Source: Candidatus Komeilibacteria bacterium (GTDB lineage: Bacteria > Patescibacteriota > Patescibacteriia > UBA1558). Taken from it: a stretch of DNA of 64,000 nt. The stretch lies in the NCBI GenBank assembly GCA_048538235.1, contig JBLYPX010000001.1, positions 200,013 to 264,012 on the forward strand, read 5' to 3'. The notes under the pieces are model-generated. The model was not told the origin of the DNA. It saw only the letters and a list, made by a program, of their open reading frames with translations, and did not search any database. Each line of letters opens with the position of its first letter. Positions within the stretch are counted from its first letter, which is position 1. The translations under genes and the position numbers were made by a program. This document shows, piece after piece, positions 1 to 9,286 of this stretch.

Positions 1-1305
1 GAAGAGGAAGAAGTAGTTTCTACACCAACAGATAGAGATAGGCAAAGATTAGACGATGTTGCTAGTATTCGCTCAGCTTTGGCTTTATACTATCAAGAAA
101 TGAAAGCATATCCAGATATAATAGATGATTTATTAGAAAATTATTTGGATACTATTCCTATTAATCCAAATCCAGGCGGCAATTCATATATCTATGTACC
201 GCAAGATAGTAATCAATCATATAAATTAACCTTTACACTTGAAGAGGGTGGTAAGGTTGGTGCTTTAACCTTGAAAGAGGGTGAGTATCAAGCGAATCCT
301 ACAATGATTGAACCTTTGGTAGAAGTAGATAATGAACAGCAGACAGAAGAAAATCCAGACGCAAATGTAGAACTATTATCAGGATTGGATTCAGATTCTG
401 ACGGTTTAACAGATATTGAAGAAAATCTTTATGGAACAGATTCAACTTTGGTAGATAGTGATGAAGATGGCTATTCAGACGCTAGTGAACTTACAAATCT
501 ATACGATCCAGCTTCAGCTGCTACATTATTAGCAGATACGGAAAAAGTTACTCAATACATCAATACTGAATATAACTATTCAATACTTTATCCAAGTGAA
601 TGGACAGTAAGAGCTTTAACAGAAGATAAGATGGAAGTAATATTTAATTCCAAAACTACTGAGTTTATTCAGATATTAGTGTTAGAAAATCCATTAGGCT
701 TATCTGCTAAGAACTGGTATTTAAGTTACAATAAGGATGCGGATCCAGAAGAACTTAAAGAAGTGGTATTAAATAATATAGTTGGCATTCAAACAGGTAA
801 TGGTCGTTATACATATTTAGCCTTGGGTAGTAATGTTTATTCTATAATATACAATGTTGGTACAACCAATCAGTTAAACTACCAAGCAACTTATGAAATG
901 ATGCTTAATAGTTGGGAATTAATAACCGTAGACGAGAATACGCCTGCAGAAGAGAGAGATGCACAAAGATTAAAAGATATAACAGATATTCGTTTCTCAT
1001 TATTAGATTACCAAGTAACAAATTTAAGCTTCCCAGATTCATTAGATAGTGATGTAGATACCTACCAGATGATTGGAACATCTGCAGGGGATTGTGCTGT
1101 AGCTTGCGATAATATTTCAACTGCAGCTCAATGTGTAGATTTATCTACCATCTTAGTACCAGACTATTTAACAGCTATACCATATGATCCATTAGATGGT
1201 ACAGATGAAAATACAGGGTATTATTTAAATGTATTAACGGATGGAACTTTAATAGCGGGTGTGTGCCAAGCAGAACAGGAGTCTAAGATTGAAATAGATA
1301 ACTAA
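1..1305 (+). CDS. 5'-truncated acidic surface protein with two pilin/pseudopilin-G-like segments, Ca-binding DxDxDG (TSP3-like) repeats and a PsbP-like domain
   Basis: Frame 1 is open from base 1 (EEEEVVSTPTDRDRQRLDDVASIRSALALYY..YP). Second pilin-like motif RDAQRLKDITDIRFSL..FP..YLTAIPYDP; DSDSDGLTDIEE/DSDEDGYSDASE repeats; YNYSILYPSEW. Confidence 0.65.
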   Translation, partial: EEEEVVSTPTDRDRQRLDDVASIRSALALYYQEMKAYPDIIDDLLENYLDTIPINPNPGGNSYIYVPQDSNQSYKLTFTLEEGGKVGALTLKEGEYQANPTMIEPLVEVDNEQQTEENPDANVELLSGLDSDSDGLTDIEENLYGTDSTLVDSDEDGYSDASELTNLYDPASAATLLADTEKVTQYINTEYNYSILYPSEWTVRALTEDKMEVIFNSKTTEFIQILVLENPLGLSAKNWYLSYNKDADPEELKEVVLNNIVGIQTGNGRYTYLALGSNVYSIIYNVGTTNQLNYQATYEMMLNSWELITVDENTPAEERDAQRLKDITDIRFSLLDYQVTNLSFPDSLDSDVDTYQMIGTSAGDCAVACDNISTAAQCVDLSTILVPDYLTAIPYDPLDGTDENTGYYLNVLTDGTLIAGVCQAEQESKIEIDN

Positions 1306-1306
1306 T

Positions 1307-1723
1307 ATGATAGGTAATGTAAGTTTTGTATATACAGAAAAACTAGATAAGAAGCTATTATCTTCTTTACAATCAGCAGCTAAAATTGCTGTTAAGAAAT
1401 TAAAGCTTTCAAAAATAGATATTAGTGTAATTTTTGTTACCGAAGCTAAGATTAAACAGCTAAATAAATTGTATAGAAAAAAGGATAAGATTACAGATGT
1501 TTTATCTTTTTTTTATGGCAATGAAGGTGAAATATTTATCTGTCTAAAACAAGCAAGAAGACAAGCTAAAGAAAATAATGTAAGCATTGAATCTGAGCTT
1601 GTTAAATTAACAATACATGGGCTAGCACATATAGCTGGTCATGATCATGAAAAAGAAGAAGATTATATTAAAATGAATAAAGTAGAAATAGAAATCAATG
1701 ATTTATTTCAAAAAAACAATTAG
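1307..1723 (+). CDS. ybeY: rRNA maturation endoribonuclease YbeY
   Basis: LNKLYRKKDKITDVLSF and HGLAHIAGHDH zinc motif. Confidence 0.95.
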   Translation: MIGNVSFVYTEKLDKKLLSSLQSAAKIAVKKLKLSKIDISVIFVTEAKIKQLNKLYRKKDKITDVLSFFYGNEGEIFICLKQARRQAKENNVSIESELVKLTIHGLAHIAGHDHEKEEDYIKMNKVEIEINDLFQKNN

Positions 1724-2063
1724 AAGTATTAATAGAGCCTGGCACGGACTTATTAAAGTTTGGCAAGATGAACAGAATTTTAGAATAGAACTATTTATAT
1801 CTGTTATAGTAGTTGCTTTGATGTTCTATTTACACATAACATTAAAAGAAGCGGTTATATTAATACTTGTCATATTTACAGTCTTAATATTAGAAATCAT
1901 AAATACTGTAATGGAAAGAATGGCAGACATTCTTAAACCAAAAATTCATCACTATGTTGCTGTTTTAAAAGATATGATGGCAGCAGCAGTATTACTGGCA
2001 AGCATTGCAGCAATAATAATTGGAGTTTTAATTTTCTACCCATATATAGTTGGTAGTATCTAG
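1698..2063 (+). CDS. dgkA: diacylglycerol/undecaprenol kinase family protein
   Basis: EQNFRIE, EIINTVMERMAD, KDMMAAAVL motifs; 3 TM; usual ybeY-dgkA pairing. Confidence 0.9.
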   Translation: MIYFKKTIRSINRAWHGLIKVWQDEQNFRIELFISVIVVALMFYLHITLKEAVILILVIFTVLILEIINTVMERMADILKPKIHHYVAVLKDMMAAAVLLASIAAIIIGVLIFYPYIVGSI

Positions 2064-2108
2064 TATTTTTAGTATAATAAACATATTAATAAAGTTTTTT
2101 AGGAGGTC

Positions 2109-4319
2109 ATGGCTTTGATGCAATCATTACCGTTATTATCAGCAATCTTTGTTATAGGATTGGGTTTTTTTATTTTGTTTAAAAATATTAAATCTCGTTT
2201 AAATATTATATTTTTCTTTTTAGCAGTTACTGTTTCTATTTGGTTACTTGGTACATATAAACTATTCATTAGCATAACAGAACCAGAAATAATACTTTGG
2301 GATAAATTCATATACATTGGCATTTGTATGATGCCTGCTTTGTTTTATCATTTCTCAGTACTGTTTACTAAAAATAATAAGTCAGGACAATCAATATTAT
2401 TACCATATATTATTGGATTGTTTTTTATCATCATGCTCAAAACACAATATTTTGTAGCAGATGTTTTCTACTATGATTGGGGAGCTCATACTAAAGCTCA
2501 ACTATTTCACCATTTGTTTGTAATATATTATGGCTTATTCATAATTTTACTCTTTAATGATTTATACAAATACTATAATAAAACCAAATCTGGTTTAGCT
2601 AGAGCTCAGTCTAGATATATTCTTTTTGCTTTTGCAATACTTTCGATATTTGGCATAACAGGTTTTTTACCAGCCTACAGTATTTCTTTTTATCCAATTG
2701 CTTACCTTGGTGGTTTAATCTTTATGGTAGTACTTGCCTATGCAATTATTCGCCACAGATTTATGGACCACAGATTAATGATACAAAGAAGTCTAGTTAA
2801 TATATTTGCTTTTTTAGTAGCTATTGGTTTAAGTAGATTCGTATTCAATATTTTTAGTTGGAATTTTCCTAGAATAGATAATTGGGAGATTTTAGGCTTA
2901 CTAGTGGGTTTGTTAACAATACAACCATTACGTAATCTATTCTCAAGTATTGCCAATAGATACTTTTTTACAGACATGTATGATTACCAAGCTGTTTTAA
3001 GAGATTTAAGTCATCATTTAACTTCAATTATTAATTTAGAAGATATTGTAGATTCAATCATTAATACTGTTAATGATTCTTTCCGTTTAGAAAGCTCGGG
3101 ACTCATTATTTGTGAAGATATTAATAATACACCCAGCTGTGATGTTATGATGGCCTATGGTGTTAAAGTTAATGAAATTGAAGATATTGTTAAGAATAAT
3201 TATTTACTTAAATATTTAGCTTTATCTAGGGCTCCATTATTAGCGGATGAAATACCAATAATTACTAAGTCTATTCTAGATACTAGTACTGTTAATAGCC
3301 TTAAAAAGGCTCAAGAAGCTATGAATAAGAGTAATATAGCAATGTTAACACCACTTGTTAAAGAAGATAGCTTAATAGGTATTATTGCCCTGGGTAGTAA
3401 ATTATCTAAAGAAAGTTATTCAAGTGAAGATTTGGAATTAATAGATATACTTGCTAATCAAGCATCAGTGGCAATAGATAATGCACAGCTGTATGAACAA
3501 GTTAAACAATTTAACACCAAGCTTAAGAAAAAGGTTAGAGAGGCTACCACAGATCTGCAAAATACAAATAAGAAATTAACTTATGCGAACGATAATCTGC
3601 AACAATTAGATAGAGCTAAGTCAGAGTTTTTATCTATTGCTTCTCATCAATTAAGAACGCCACTGTCTGGTATTAAAGGATACCTATCTATGCTTATGGA
3701 AGGGGACTTTGGTAGACTTCCTAAAGATGCTCAAGCTGTTATTAAAGATCTATTCTCTAATGCAGATAGAATGTCTAGACTTATTAATACCTTCTTAAAT
3801 ATTTCTAGAATAGAAGCTAATAGATTAGTTATTGCTAAGAAACAGGTAGATATAATAGACTTGGTTAAATCTACAGCTAGAGATTTTGACATGACAGCTA
3901 AGAAGAAGAATTTGAAATATACATATAATTTGCCAAAGAAAAAAATAATGGTATCTGCTGATGGAGATAAGATTAGAGATGTGGTTGGTAATTTTATAGA
4001 CAACTCCATTAAATATACTCAAAAAGGTTTTGTAAAAGTTTCTATTGAAACATCACCTAAACAAGTAAAGATATTTGTTGAAGATTCAGGTATGGGTATT
4101 TCAAAGAAAGATATAGATAAATTATTTGAAAAGTTTGCTAGAGGAACAGATATTACTAAAGTAGATACTAATGGTTCAGGTTTGGGATTATATATTGCTA
4201 AGAAAATTATTGAAGCTCATGATGGTGTAACCTTTGTTTCTTCACCAGGTAAAAATAAAGGTAGTAAGTTTGGTTTTTCATTACCATTACCTGATAAAAA
4301 GAAATCTAAGAAAAAATAG
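2109..4319 (+). CDS. membrane sensor histidine kinase (multi-TM N-terminus, GAF, HisKA, HATPase)
   Basis: H-box SHQLRTPL, N-box NFIDNSIKYT, G boxes DSGMGI and GSGLGL; GAF end LANQASVAIDNAQLY; AGGAGG upstream. Confidence 0.92.
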   Translation: MALMQSLPLLSAIFVIGLGFFILFKNIKSRLNIIFFFLAVTVSIWLLGTYKLFISITEPEIILWDKFIYIGICMMPALFYHFSVLFTKNNKSGQSILLPYIIGLFFIIMLKTQYFVADVFYYDWGAHTKAQLFHHLFVIYYGLFIILLFNDLYKYYNKTKSGLARAQSRYILFAFAILSIFGITGFLPAYSISFYPIAYLGGLIFMVVLAYAIIRHRFMDHRLMIQRSLVNIFAFLVAIGLSRFVFNIFSWNFPRIDNWEILGLLVGLLTIQPLRNLFSSIANRYFFTDMYDYQAVLRDLSHHLTSIINLEDIVDSIINTVNDSFRLESSGLIICEDINNTPSCDVMMAYGVKVNEIEDIVKNNYLLKYLALSRAPLLADEIPIITKSILDTSTVNSLKKAQEAMNKSNIAMLTPLVKEDSLIGIIALGSKLSKESYSSEDLELIDILANQASVAIDNAQLYEQVKQFNTKLKKKVREATTDLQNTNKKLTYANDNLQQLDRAKSEFLSIASHQLRTPLSGIKGYLSMLMEGDFGRLPKDAQAVIKDLFSNADRMSRLINTFLNISRIEANRLVIAKKQVDIIDLVKSTARDFDMTAKKKNLKYTYNLPKKKIMVSADGDKIRDVVGNFIDNSIKYTQKGFVKVSIETSPKQVKIFVEDSGMGISKKDIDKLFEKFARGTDITKVDTNGSGLGLYIAKKIIEAHDGVTFVSSPGKNKGSKFGFSLPLPDKKKSKKK

Positions 4320-4331
4320 TGTTATTAAATA

Positions 4332-4355
4332 AAAACAGCCTGTATAGGCTGTTTT
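4332..4355. terminator. intrinsic terminator after histidine kinase
   Basis: aaaacagcct-gtat-aggctgtttt hairpin. Confidence 0.75.
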
Positions 4356-4359
4356 GTTA

Positions 4360-4450
4360 TTGACAAAATAGCAGAAATAGTGTACATTACTATATTCCTA
4401 AAAAGTATAGGGATTCCAGTTATGGATGAATAGCACATTCAAAAGGAGGT
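4360..4450 (+). promoter_or_regulatory. sigma70 promoter, boxA-like motif and SD for 67-aa ORF
   Basis: TTGACA(4360)-17nt-TACATT(4383); GCACATTCAAAA(4433); AGGAGGT(4444). Confidence 0.6.
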
Positions 4451-4454
4451 CCAA

Positions 4455-4658
4455 ATGGACGAAAAGAGAAAAGGGGAAATTGCACTCGCATTGATAAAAA
4501 TGAGAGTAAAGGACAAAGGCCCCAGGCTTAATCATGCAGAGATGAAACGTGAGTTTGGTAATTATGCCAAAGATCTCAACATTCCAATCAATGAATTGTT
4601 TGAATTTTTTGAAATCATCATTCGAGAATTGGTTGATGAAGCCTTTGTGAAGGATTAA
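4455..4658 (+). CDS. small hypothetical protein (67 aa)
   Basis: Own promoter, strong SD, helical charged sequence. Confidence 0.75.
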   Translation: MDEKRKGEIALALIKMRVKDKGPRLNHAEMKREFGNYAKDLNIPINELFEFFEIIIRELVDEAFVKD

Positions 4659-4671
4659 TCCTTTGCTAATT

Positions 4672-4772
4672 TCAAGGTGATAAGGTGAGACTAAGTCTCC
4701 TAAACGGGTAATTGCACCTTCCTTCTAATAGAAGGCGATTGGGCAGAATAAGAACCGCTCCTCTCATCTTGA
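4672..4772 (+). ncRNA. candidate structured RNA element (3' UTR or ncRNA)
   Basis: Closing helix tcaaggtga/tcatcttga enclosing hairpins gagac-taa-gtctc and ccttct-aat-agaagg; GC-richer than flanks; strand inferred from the downstream terminator. Confidence 0.4.
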
Positions 4773-4775
4773 TCT

Positions 4776-4802
4776 AGCCCTACGTGAAAACGTAGGGCTT
4801 TT
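4776..4802 (+). terminator. intrinsic terminator
   Basis: agccctacg-tgaaaa-cgtagggct followed by T run. Confidence 0.75.
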
Positions 4803-4847
4803 AATTTCCAAATAGCTAAATAACCTAATTTCTGCTAAAATACTGGT

Positions 4848-7820
4848 ATGGAAATCAAACTAAATCAAGAGCAAAAAGCAGCTGTAGAGCACGATAAAGG
4901 CCCTCTTTTAATAGTAGCTGGTGCTGGAACAGGTAAAACAGCAGTTATTACTGAAAGAATAAGCCATCTATTATCTACTCAGAAATTAAAACCAGATAAT
5001 ATATTAGCTTTAACATTTACAGAAAAGGCTGCTGAAGAAATGGAGGTTAGGGTAGATAAAACATTGCCATATGGTTATGTAGATCTTTGGATTTCTACCT
5101 TTCATTCTTTTTGTCAAAAGATTTTACAAACTCATGGTTTAGATATTGGCCTTCCTAATGATTTTAAGGTTTTAACTCAAACAGATGCTTGGCTACTGGT
5201 TAGAGATCATTTAGAAGAATTTGAGCTAGACTATTACAAACCATTGGGTAATCCAACTAGATTTATCCATGCTTTAATACAACATTTTGGTAGAGCTAAA
5301 GATGAAGTTGTTTATCCTCAAGATTATTTAAATTATGCAGAGAAGCTGCAATTAGATTTAGATTCTACTGGTATTAAAACAAAGAAGGTAAAAGATGAAG
5401 ATAGAGCAGATTTAGAAACAGAGATGGTAAGAGCTAAAGAAGTTGCTGAAGCTTACCATAAATACCAACAATTGTTATTAGATAATAATGCTTTAGATTT
5501 TGGAGATTTGATAAATTATACTTTAAGACTATTTCAAGAAAGGCCAAATATTTTAAAGAAGTATAGGGAACAGTTTAAATATATTTTAGTAGATGAGTTT
5601 CAAGATACTAACTATGCACAGTATGAGTTAATTAAATTATTAGCAGCGCCTGCTAATAATATTACAGTAGTGGGTGATGATGATCAGTCTATATATAAAT
5701 TTAGGGGAGCCAGTATTTCCAATATTTTAGAGTTTAAAAAAGACTATCCTAAGTCTAAAGAAGTATATTTGAATAAGAATTACCGTTCAGGACAAAAGAT
5801 ATTAGACGTATCATATAATTTTATACAATTAAATAATCCTAATAGATTAGAAGTAAAATTAGCAACGGGTAAGGGTAAGAAATTATCTAAGAAGCTAACC
5901 TCTCAAATTAAAGATAAAGGTGAGATAGAAGCTTTTGTAGGAAATAGTTTAACAGAAGAAGTTGCGTGGGTGGTGAATAAAATAGGGAGTGTTTTTAAAG
6001 CAGAAGCAGATACTAATTGGAGTGACTTTGCTATTTTAGTTAGAGCTAATGATAGTGCTAAGCCTTTTCAAGAGGCTTTGCAGGCTGCTAATATTCCAAA
6101 TTATTTCTTAGCTTCTTATGGGCTATACAATAAAGCGGTGGTTAGAGATATTGTAGCTTTCTTAAAATTATTAGACGATTACCATGAATCACCAGCATTA
6201 TGGAGAATTTTAAGTTTATCTTTCTTAGAAATACCAGATAAAGATTTAATTAAATTATCTCATTGGGCTAGTCGTAAACGCTGGTCTTTATATGAAGCTC
6301 TATTACAAGTAGGCGTCGGTATTAAGTTTTCTGAACCAACAGTTAAGAAATTTAAACAGGTTGCAGATTTAATAGGTAAATATACAGCTCTAGCTAGGGA
6401 TAAGAATGTTTGGGATGTTATATATAATTGGTTAACAGATAGTGGTTATTTAAAGTATTTAGATAAATTAAATGAATATGATAGACAAGAACAGTTTAAT
6501 TATTTAAATAGTTTCTATAAAAAAGTAAAAAGCTTTGAGAATAAAACAGATGATCCAAGTGTTAAGAATTTCATAACAGAGTTTAATTATGAGATAGATT
6601 CAGGAGAAAAGGGAGCTATTTCTTTTGACAGTAGTACAGGTCCAGACACTGTTAAATTAATGACAGTTCATAGTGCTAAGGGATTAGAATTTAAATATGT
6701 CTTTGTTGTTAATATGGTTGAACAAAGATTCCCAACTATTAATAGAAGTGATGCTATTGCTTTGCCAGATGAGTTGGTTAAAGAAATAATTCCTGAAGGG
6801 GATGTACATATTGAAGAAGAGAGAAGACTATTTTACGTAGCTGTTACTAGGGCTAAGAAAGGGTTATTCTTAACAGCTGGTGAAGATTATGGTGGTGCAA
6901 GAAAGAAAAAACCATCACGCTTTTTAGATGAGATAGATTATACCAAGTATATGGCAAAGGCTAAGACTGTTTCTTCTAAAGATAAATTAAAAGAAGGTGA
7001 GGTTAAAAAGGTTAAAGATGCTAAAGATATAGATTACTTAGCAATGCTACCTAATTATTTTTCATTCTCACAGTTAAAAGCATTCGAAACCTGTCCGTGG
7101 CAGTACTATTACCAATATATATTAAAAGTTCCGGTTAGAGGTAATCATGTATTTAGTTATGGTAAGTCTATGCACAGTGCCTTGCAAAAGTTTTATGAAC
7201 TAGTACAGCAAAGGTCTGGCTCTGAGCAAGCAGATTTATTTGCTAAAAAAGCTAAGCCTACTAAAGGACCAATTGTTTCTTTAAAGGAACTACTAGAGCT
7301 TTATGAAGAAAGTTGGATAGATGATTGGTATGATAGTAAAAAGCATATGGCAGAGAGAAAAGCTTTTGGTAAAAAACAATTAACAGAATATTATAATATT
7401 ATTAAAGATAAGATACCTGTTCCAATTGCTTTGGAAAAGAGTTTTTATTTAAAGATAAAAGATTATACTGTTAGGGGATTTATTGACCGTATAGATGAAT
7501 TACCAGATGGTAGTATAGAAATAATAGATTACAAGACGGGTAAGACTAAAGATAAGCTGACAGCTGAAGATAAAGAACAGTTGCTTATATACCAAATTGC
7601 TGGTGAAGAAGTATTAGGTAAAAAGGTTGGTAAATTAACTTTCCATTATTTAGATACAAATAAAACAACATCGTTTATTGGTACAAAAGAAGAGCTTAAA
7701 AAGACTAAAGTAAAAATCGTAGATTTAATTAAAAAGCTTGAGAATACAGACTGGGCGGCAACACCAGGATTTCAATGTCAGTACTGTAATTTTAAAGATA
7801 TTTGTGACTTTAAACAATAA
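4848..7820 (+). CDS. UvrD/PcrA-family SF1 helicase fused to C-terminal RecB-like PD-(D/E)XK nuclease (AdnA/B-like)
   Basis: AGAGTGKT Walker A, LVDEFQD, VGDDDQSIY, NYRS, TVHSAKGLEF, EERRLFYVAVTRA; nuclease GFIDRID..IIDYKTG; Fe-S Cys ETCP..CQYCNFKDIC. Confidence 0.92.
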   Translation: MEIKLNQEQKAAVEHDKGPLLIVAGAGTGKTAVITERISHLLSTQKLKPDNILALTFTEKAAEEMEVRVDKTLPYGYVDLWISTFHSFCQKILQTHGLDIGLPNDFKVLTQTDAWLLVRDHLEEFELDYYKPLGNPTRFIHALIQHFGRAKDEVVYPQDYLNYAEKLQLDLDSTGIKTKKVKDEDRADLETEMVRAKEVAEAYHKYQQLLLDNNALDFGDLINYTLRLFQERPNILKKYREQFKYILVDEFQDTNYAQYELIKLLAAPANNITVVGDDDQSIYKFRGASISNILEFKKDYPKSKEVYLNKNYRSGQKILDVSYNFIQLNNPNRLEVKLATGKGKKLSKKLTSQIKDKGEIEAFVGNSLTEEVAWVVNKIGSVFKAEADTNWSDFAILVRANDSAKPFQEALQAANIPNYFLASYGLYNKAVVRDIVAFLKLLDDYHESPALWRILSLSFLEIPDKDLIKLSHWASRKRWSLYEALLQVGVGIKFSEPTVKKFKQVADLIGKYTALARDKNVWDVIYNWLTDSGYLKYLDKLNEYDRQEQFNYLNSFYKKVKSFENKTDDPSVKNFITEFNYEIDSGEKGAISFDSSTGPDTVKLMTVHSAKGLEFKYVFVVNMVEQRFPTINRSDAIALPDELVKEIIPEGDVHIEEERRLFYVAVTRAKKGLFLTAGEDYGGARKKKPSRFLDEIDYTKYMAKAKTVSSKDKLKEGEVKKVKDAKDIDYLAMLPNYFSFSQLKAFETCPWQYYYQYILKVPVRGNHVFSYGKSMHSALQKFYELVQQRSGSEQADLFAKKAKPTKGPIVSLKELLELYEESWIDDWYDSKKHMAERKAFGKKQLTEYYNIIKDKIPVPIALEKSFYLKIKDYTVRGFIDRIDELPDGSIEIIDYKTGKTKDKLTAEDKEQLLIYQIAGEEVLGKKVGKLTFHYLDTNKTTSFIGTKEELKKTKVKIVDLIKKLENTDWAATPGFQCQYCNFKDICDFKQ

Positions 7821-7885
7821 TTTTAAATATTTGTTAGAATAGATAAAATATTGTATAATAAGCATACTTTTAGTGTATTTATATA

Positions 7886-8269
7886 ATGACAACGAGAAAA
7901 TATTTAGTATATTTAAGTTTAATAACAGTTATTGCTTGGATTTTGTGGGTGATGGTGGTAAAGTATATTGACCCCACTACTGGTTCAACGCTTGCTCTGT
8001 TATTATTTTATTTATCTCTGTTTTTCAGTTTAGCTGGTAGTTTTACAATAATAGGGTATTTCTTAAGAATGTTAACAGCTGGCAATGAGATTACTAGGCA
8101 TAGATTAAGTATATCTGGACGTCAGGGAATACTATTTTCTATTCTGGTAATTATTTCCCTAATTTTAAAAGCCGCTGGTCAGCTTAATTGGTTAACAGTA
8201 GTAATTACAATATTAATATTATCCTTAATTGAATTTTTGTTCTTATCTTTATCTGGTAAACAAGAATAA
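7886..8269 (+). CDS. 4-TM membrane protein, hypothetical
   Basis: Four hydrophobic segments; directly upstream of pheS. Confidence 0.8.
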   Translation: MTTRKYLVYLSLITVIAWILWVMVVKYIDPTTGSTLALLLFYLSLFFSLAGSFTIIGYFLRMLTAGNEITRHRLSISGRQGILFSILVIISLILKAAGQLNWLTVVITILILSLIEFLFLSLSGKQE

Positions 8270-8274
8270 AATAT

Positions 8275-9285
8275 ATGCTTGATGATTTAAAAAAAATTAA
8301 AACAAGAGCTTTAAAAGAGTTCAATAATATTAAAAACAGTGAAGAACTGGAAGAGCTTAAGGTTAAATACTTAGGACGTAATGGTGAACTAACAAAGCTT
8401 TTAAAGAATTTAAAAGATATTGCTGAAGAAGAAAAGCCTAAGGTGGGAAAGATAGCTAATGAAATTAAAGAAAGTTTAGGATCTGCATTAAATAAAGTGG
8501 CAGATAATTTTGACGATTCTAGTGGTAGTGGAGAAGAGTTTTCTAATTTAACCTTGCCTGGTATTCAAAAGGGGAAAGGAAGCCTTCATCCTAATACTTT
8601 AATGCAAAATGAATTAGAGCAAATTTTTACTGCTATGGGCTTTAAAGTTATTGAAGGTCCAGATATTGAGTCAGAGTATTTTAATTTTACAGCTTTGAAT
8701 ATTCCAGAAGATCATCCAGCTAGAGATACACAAGATACTTTTTGGCTTTCTGATGGTAATTTATTAAAAACACACACCTCTCCAATGCAAGTCAGAGCAA
8801 TGAGAAAATATGGCGCACCCTTAAGAGCTGTATTTCCTGGTAGATGTTTTAGATTTGAAGCTACTGATGCTTCTCACGATTCAACCTTTTACCAATTAGA
8901 GGGTTTGATGATAGATAAAGATATATCTATTGCTAATGTTATTGCTGTTATGAAAGAGCTTTTACGAGCTGTGTTTAATAAAGAAGTTAAGGTTAGACAA
9001 AGACCTGGGTATTTTCCTTTTGTAGAACCTGGTTTTGAATTAGATATTAATTGTTTAATTTGTGAAGGTGACGGTTGTTCTGTTTGTAAACAGTCTGGAT
9101 GGCTTGAACTATTACCATGCGGTCTTGTTCACCCTAATGTAATTAAAGCCGGCGGTCTTGATCCTAAAGAGTATAGCGGTTTTGCCTTTGGTTTAGGCCT
9201 AACAAGGCTTGTTATGATGAAATATGGCATAGATGACATTAGACTGCTACAAGGCGGAGATTTAAGGTTTTTAAAGCAATTCTAG
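8275..9285 (+). CDS. pheS: phenylalanine--tRNA ligase alpha subunit
   Basis: HPARDTQDTF, THTSPMQ, YFPFVEPG, GFAFGLG..RL; Zn-finger CLIC..GCSVC. Confidence 0.98.
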   Translation: MLDDLKKIKTRALKEFNNIKNSEELEELKVKYLGRNGELTKLLKNLKDIAEEEKPKVGKIANEIKESLGSALNKVADNFDDSSGSGEEFSNLTLPGIQKGKGSLHPNTLMQNELEQIFTAMGFKVIEGPDIESEYFNFTALNIPEDHPARDTQDTFWLSDGNLLKTHTSPMQVRAMRKYGAPLRAVFPGRCFRFEATDASHDSTFYQLEGLMIDKDISIANVIAVMKELLRAVFNKEVKVRQRPGYFPFVEPGFELDINCLICEGDGCSVCKQSGWLELLPCGLVHPNVIKAGGLDPKEYSGFAFGLGLTRLVMMKYGIDDIRLLQGGDLRFLKQF

Positions 9286-9286
9286 T

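Noticed and set aside
4700-4740. SRP RNA suggested by GAAGGAAG on the minus strand
   Set aside because: It lacks the flanking CAGG...GCAG symmetric loop of SRP helix 8
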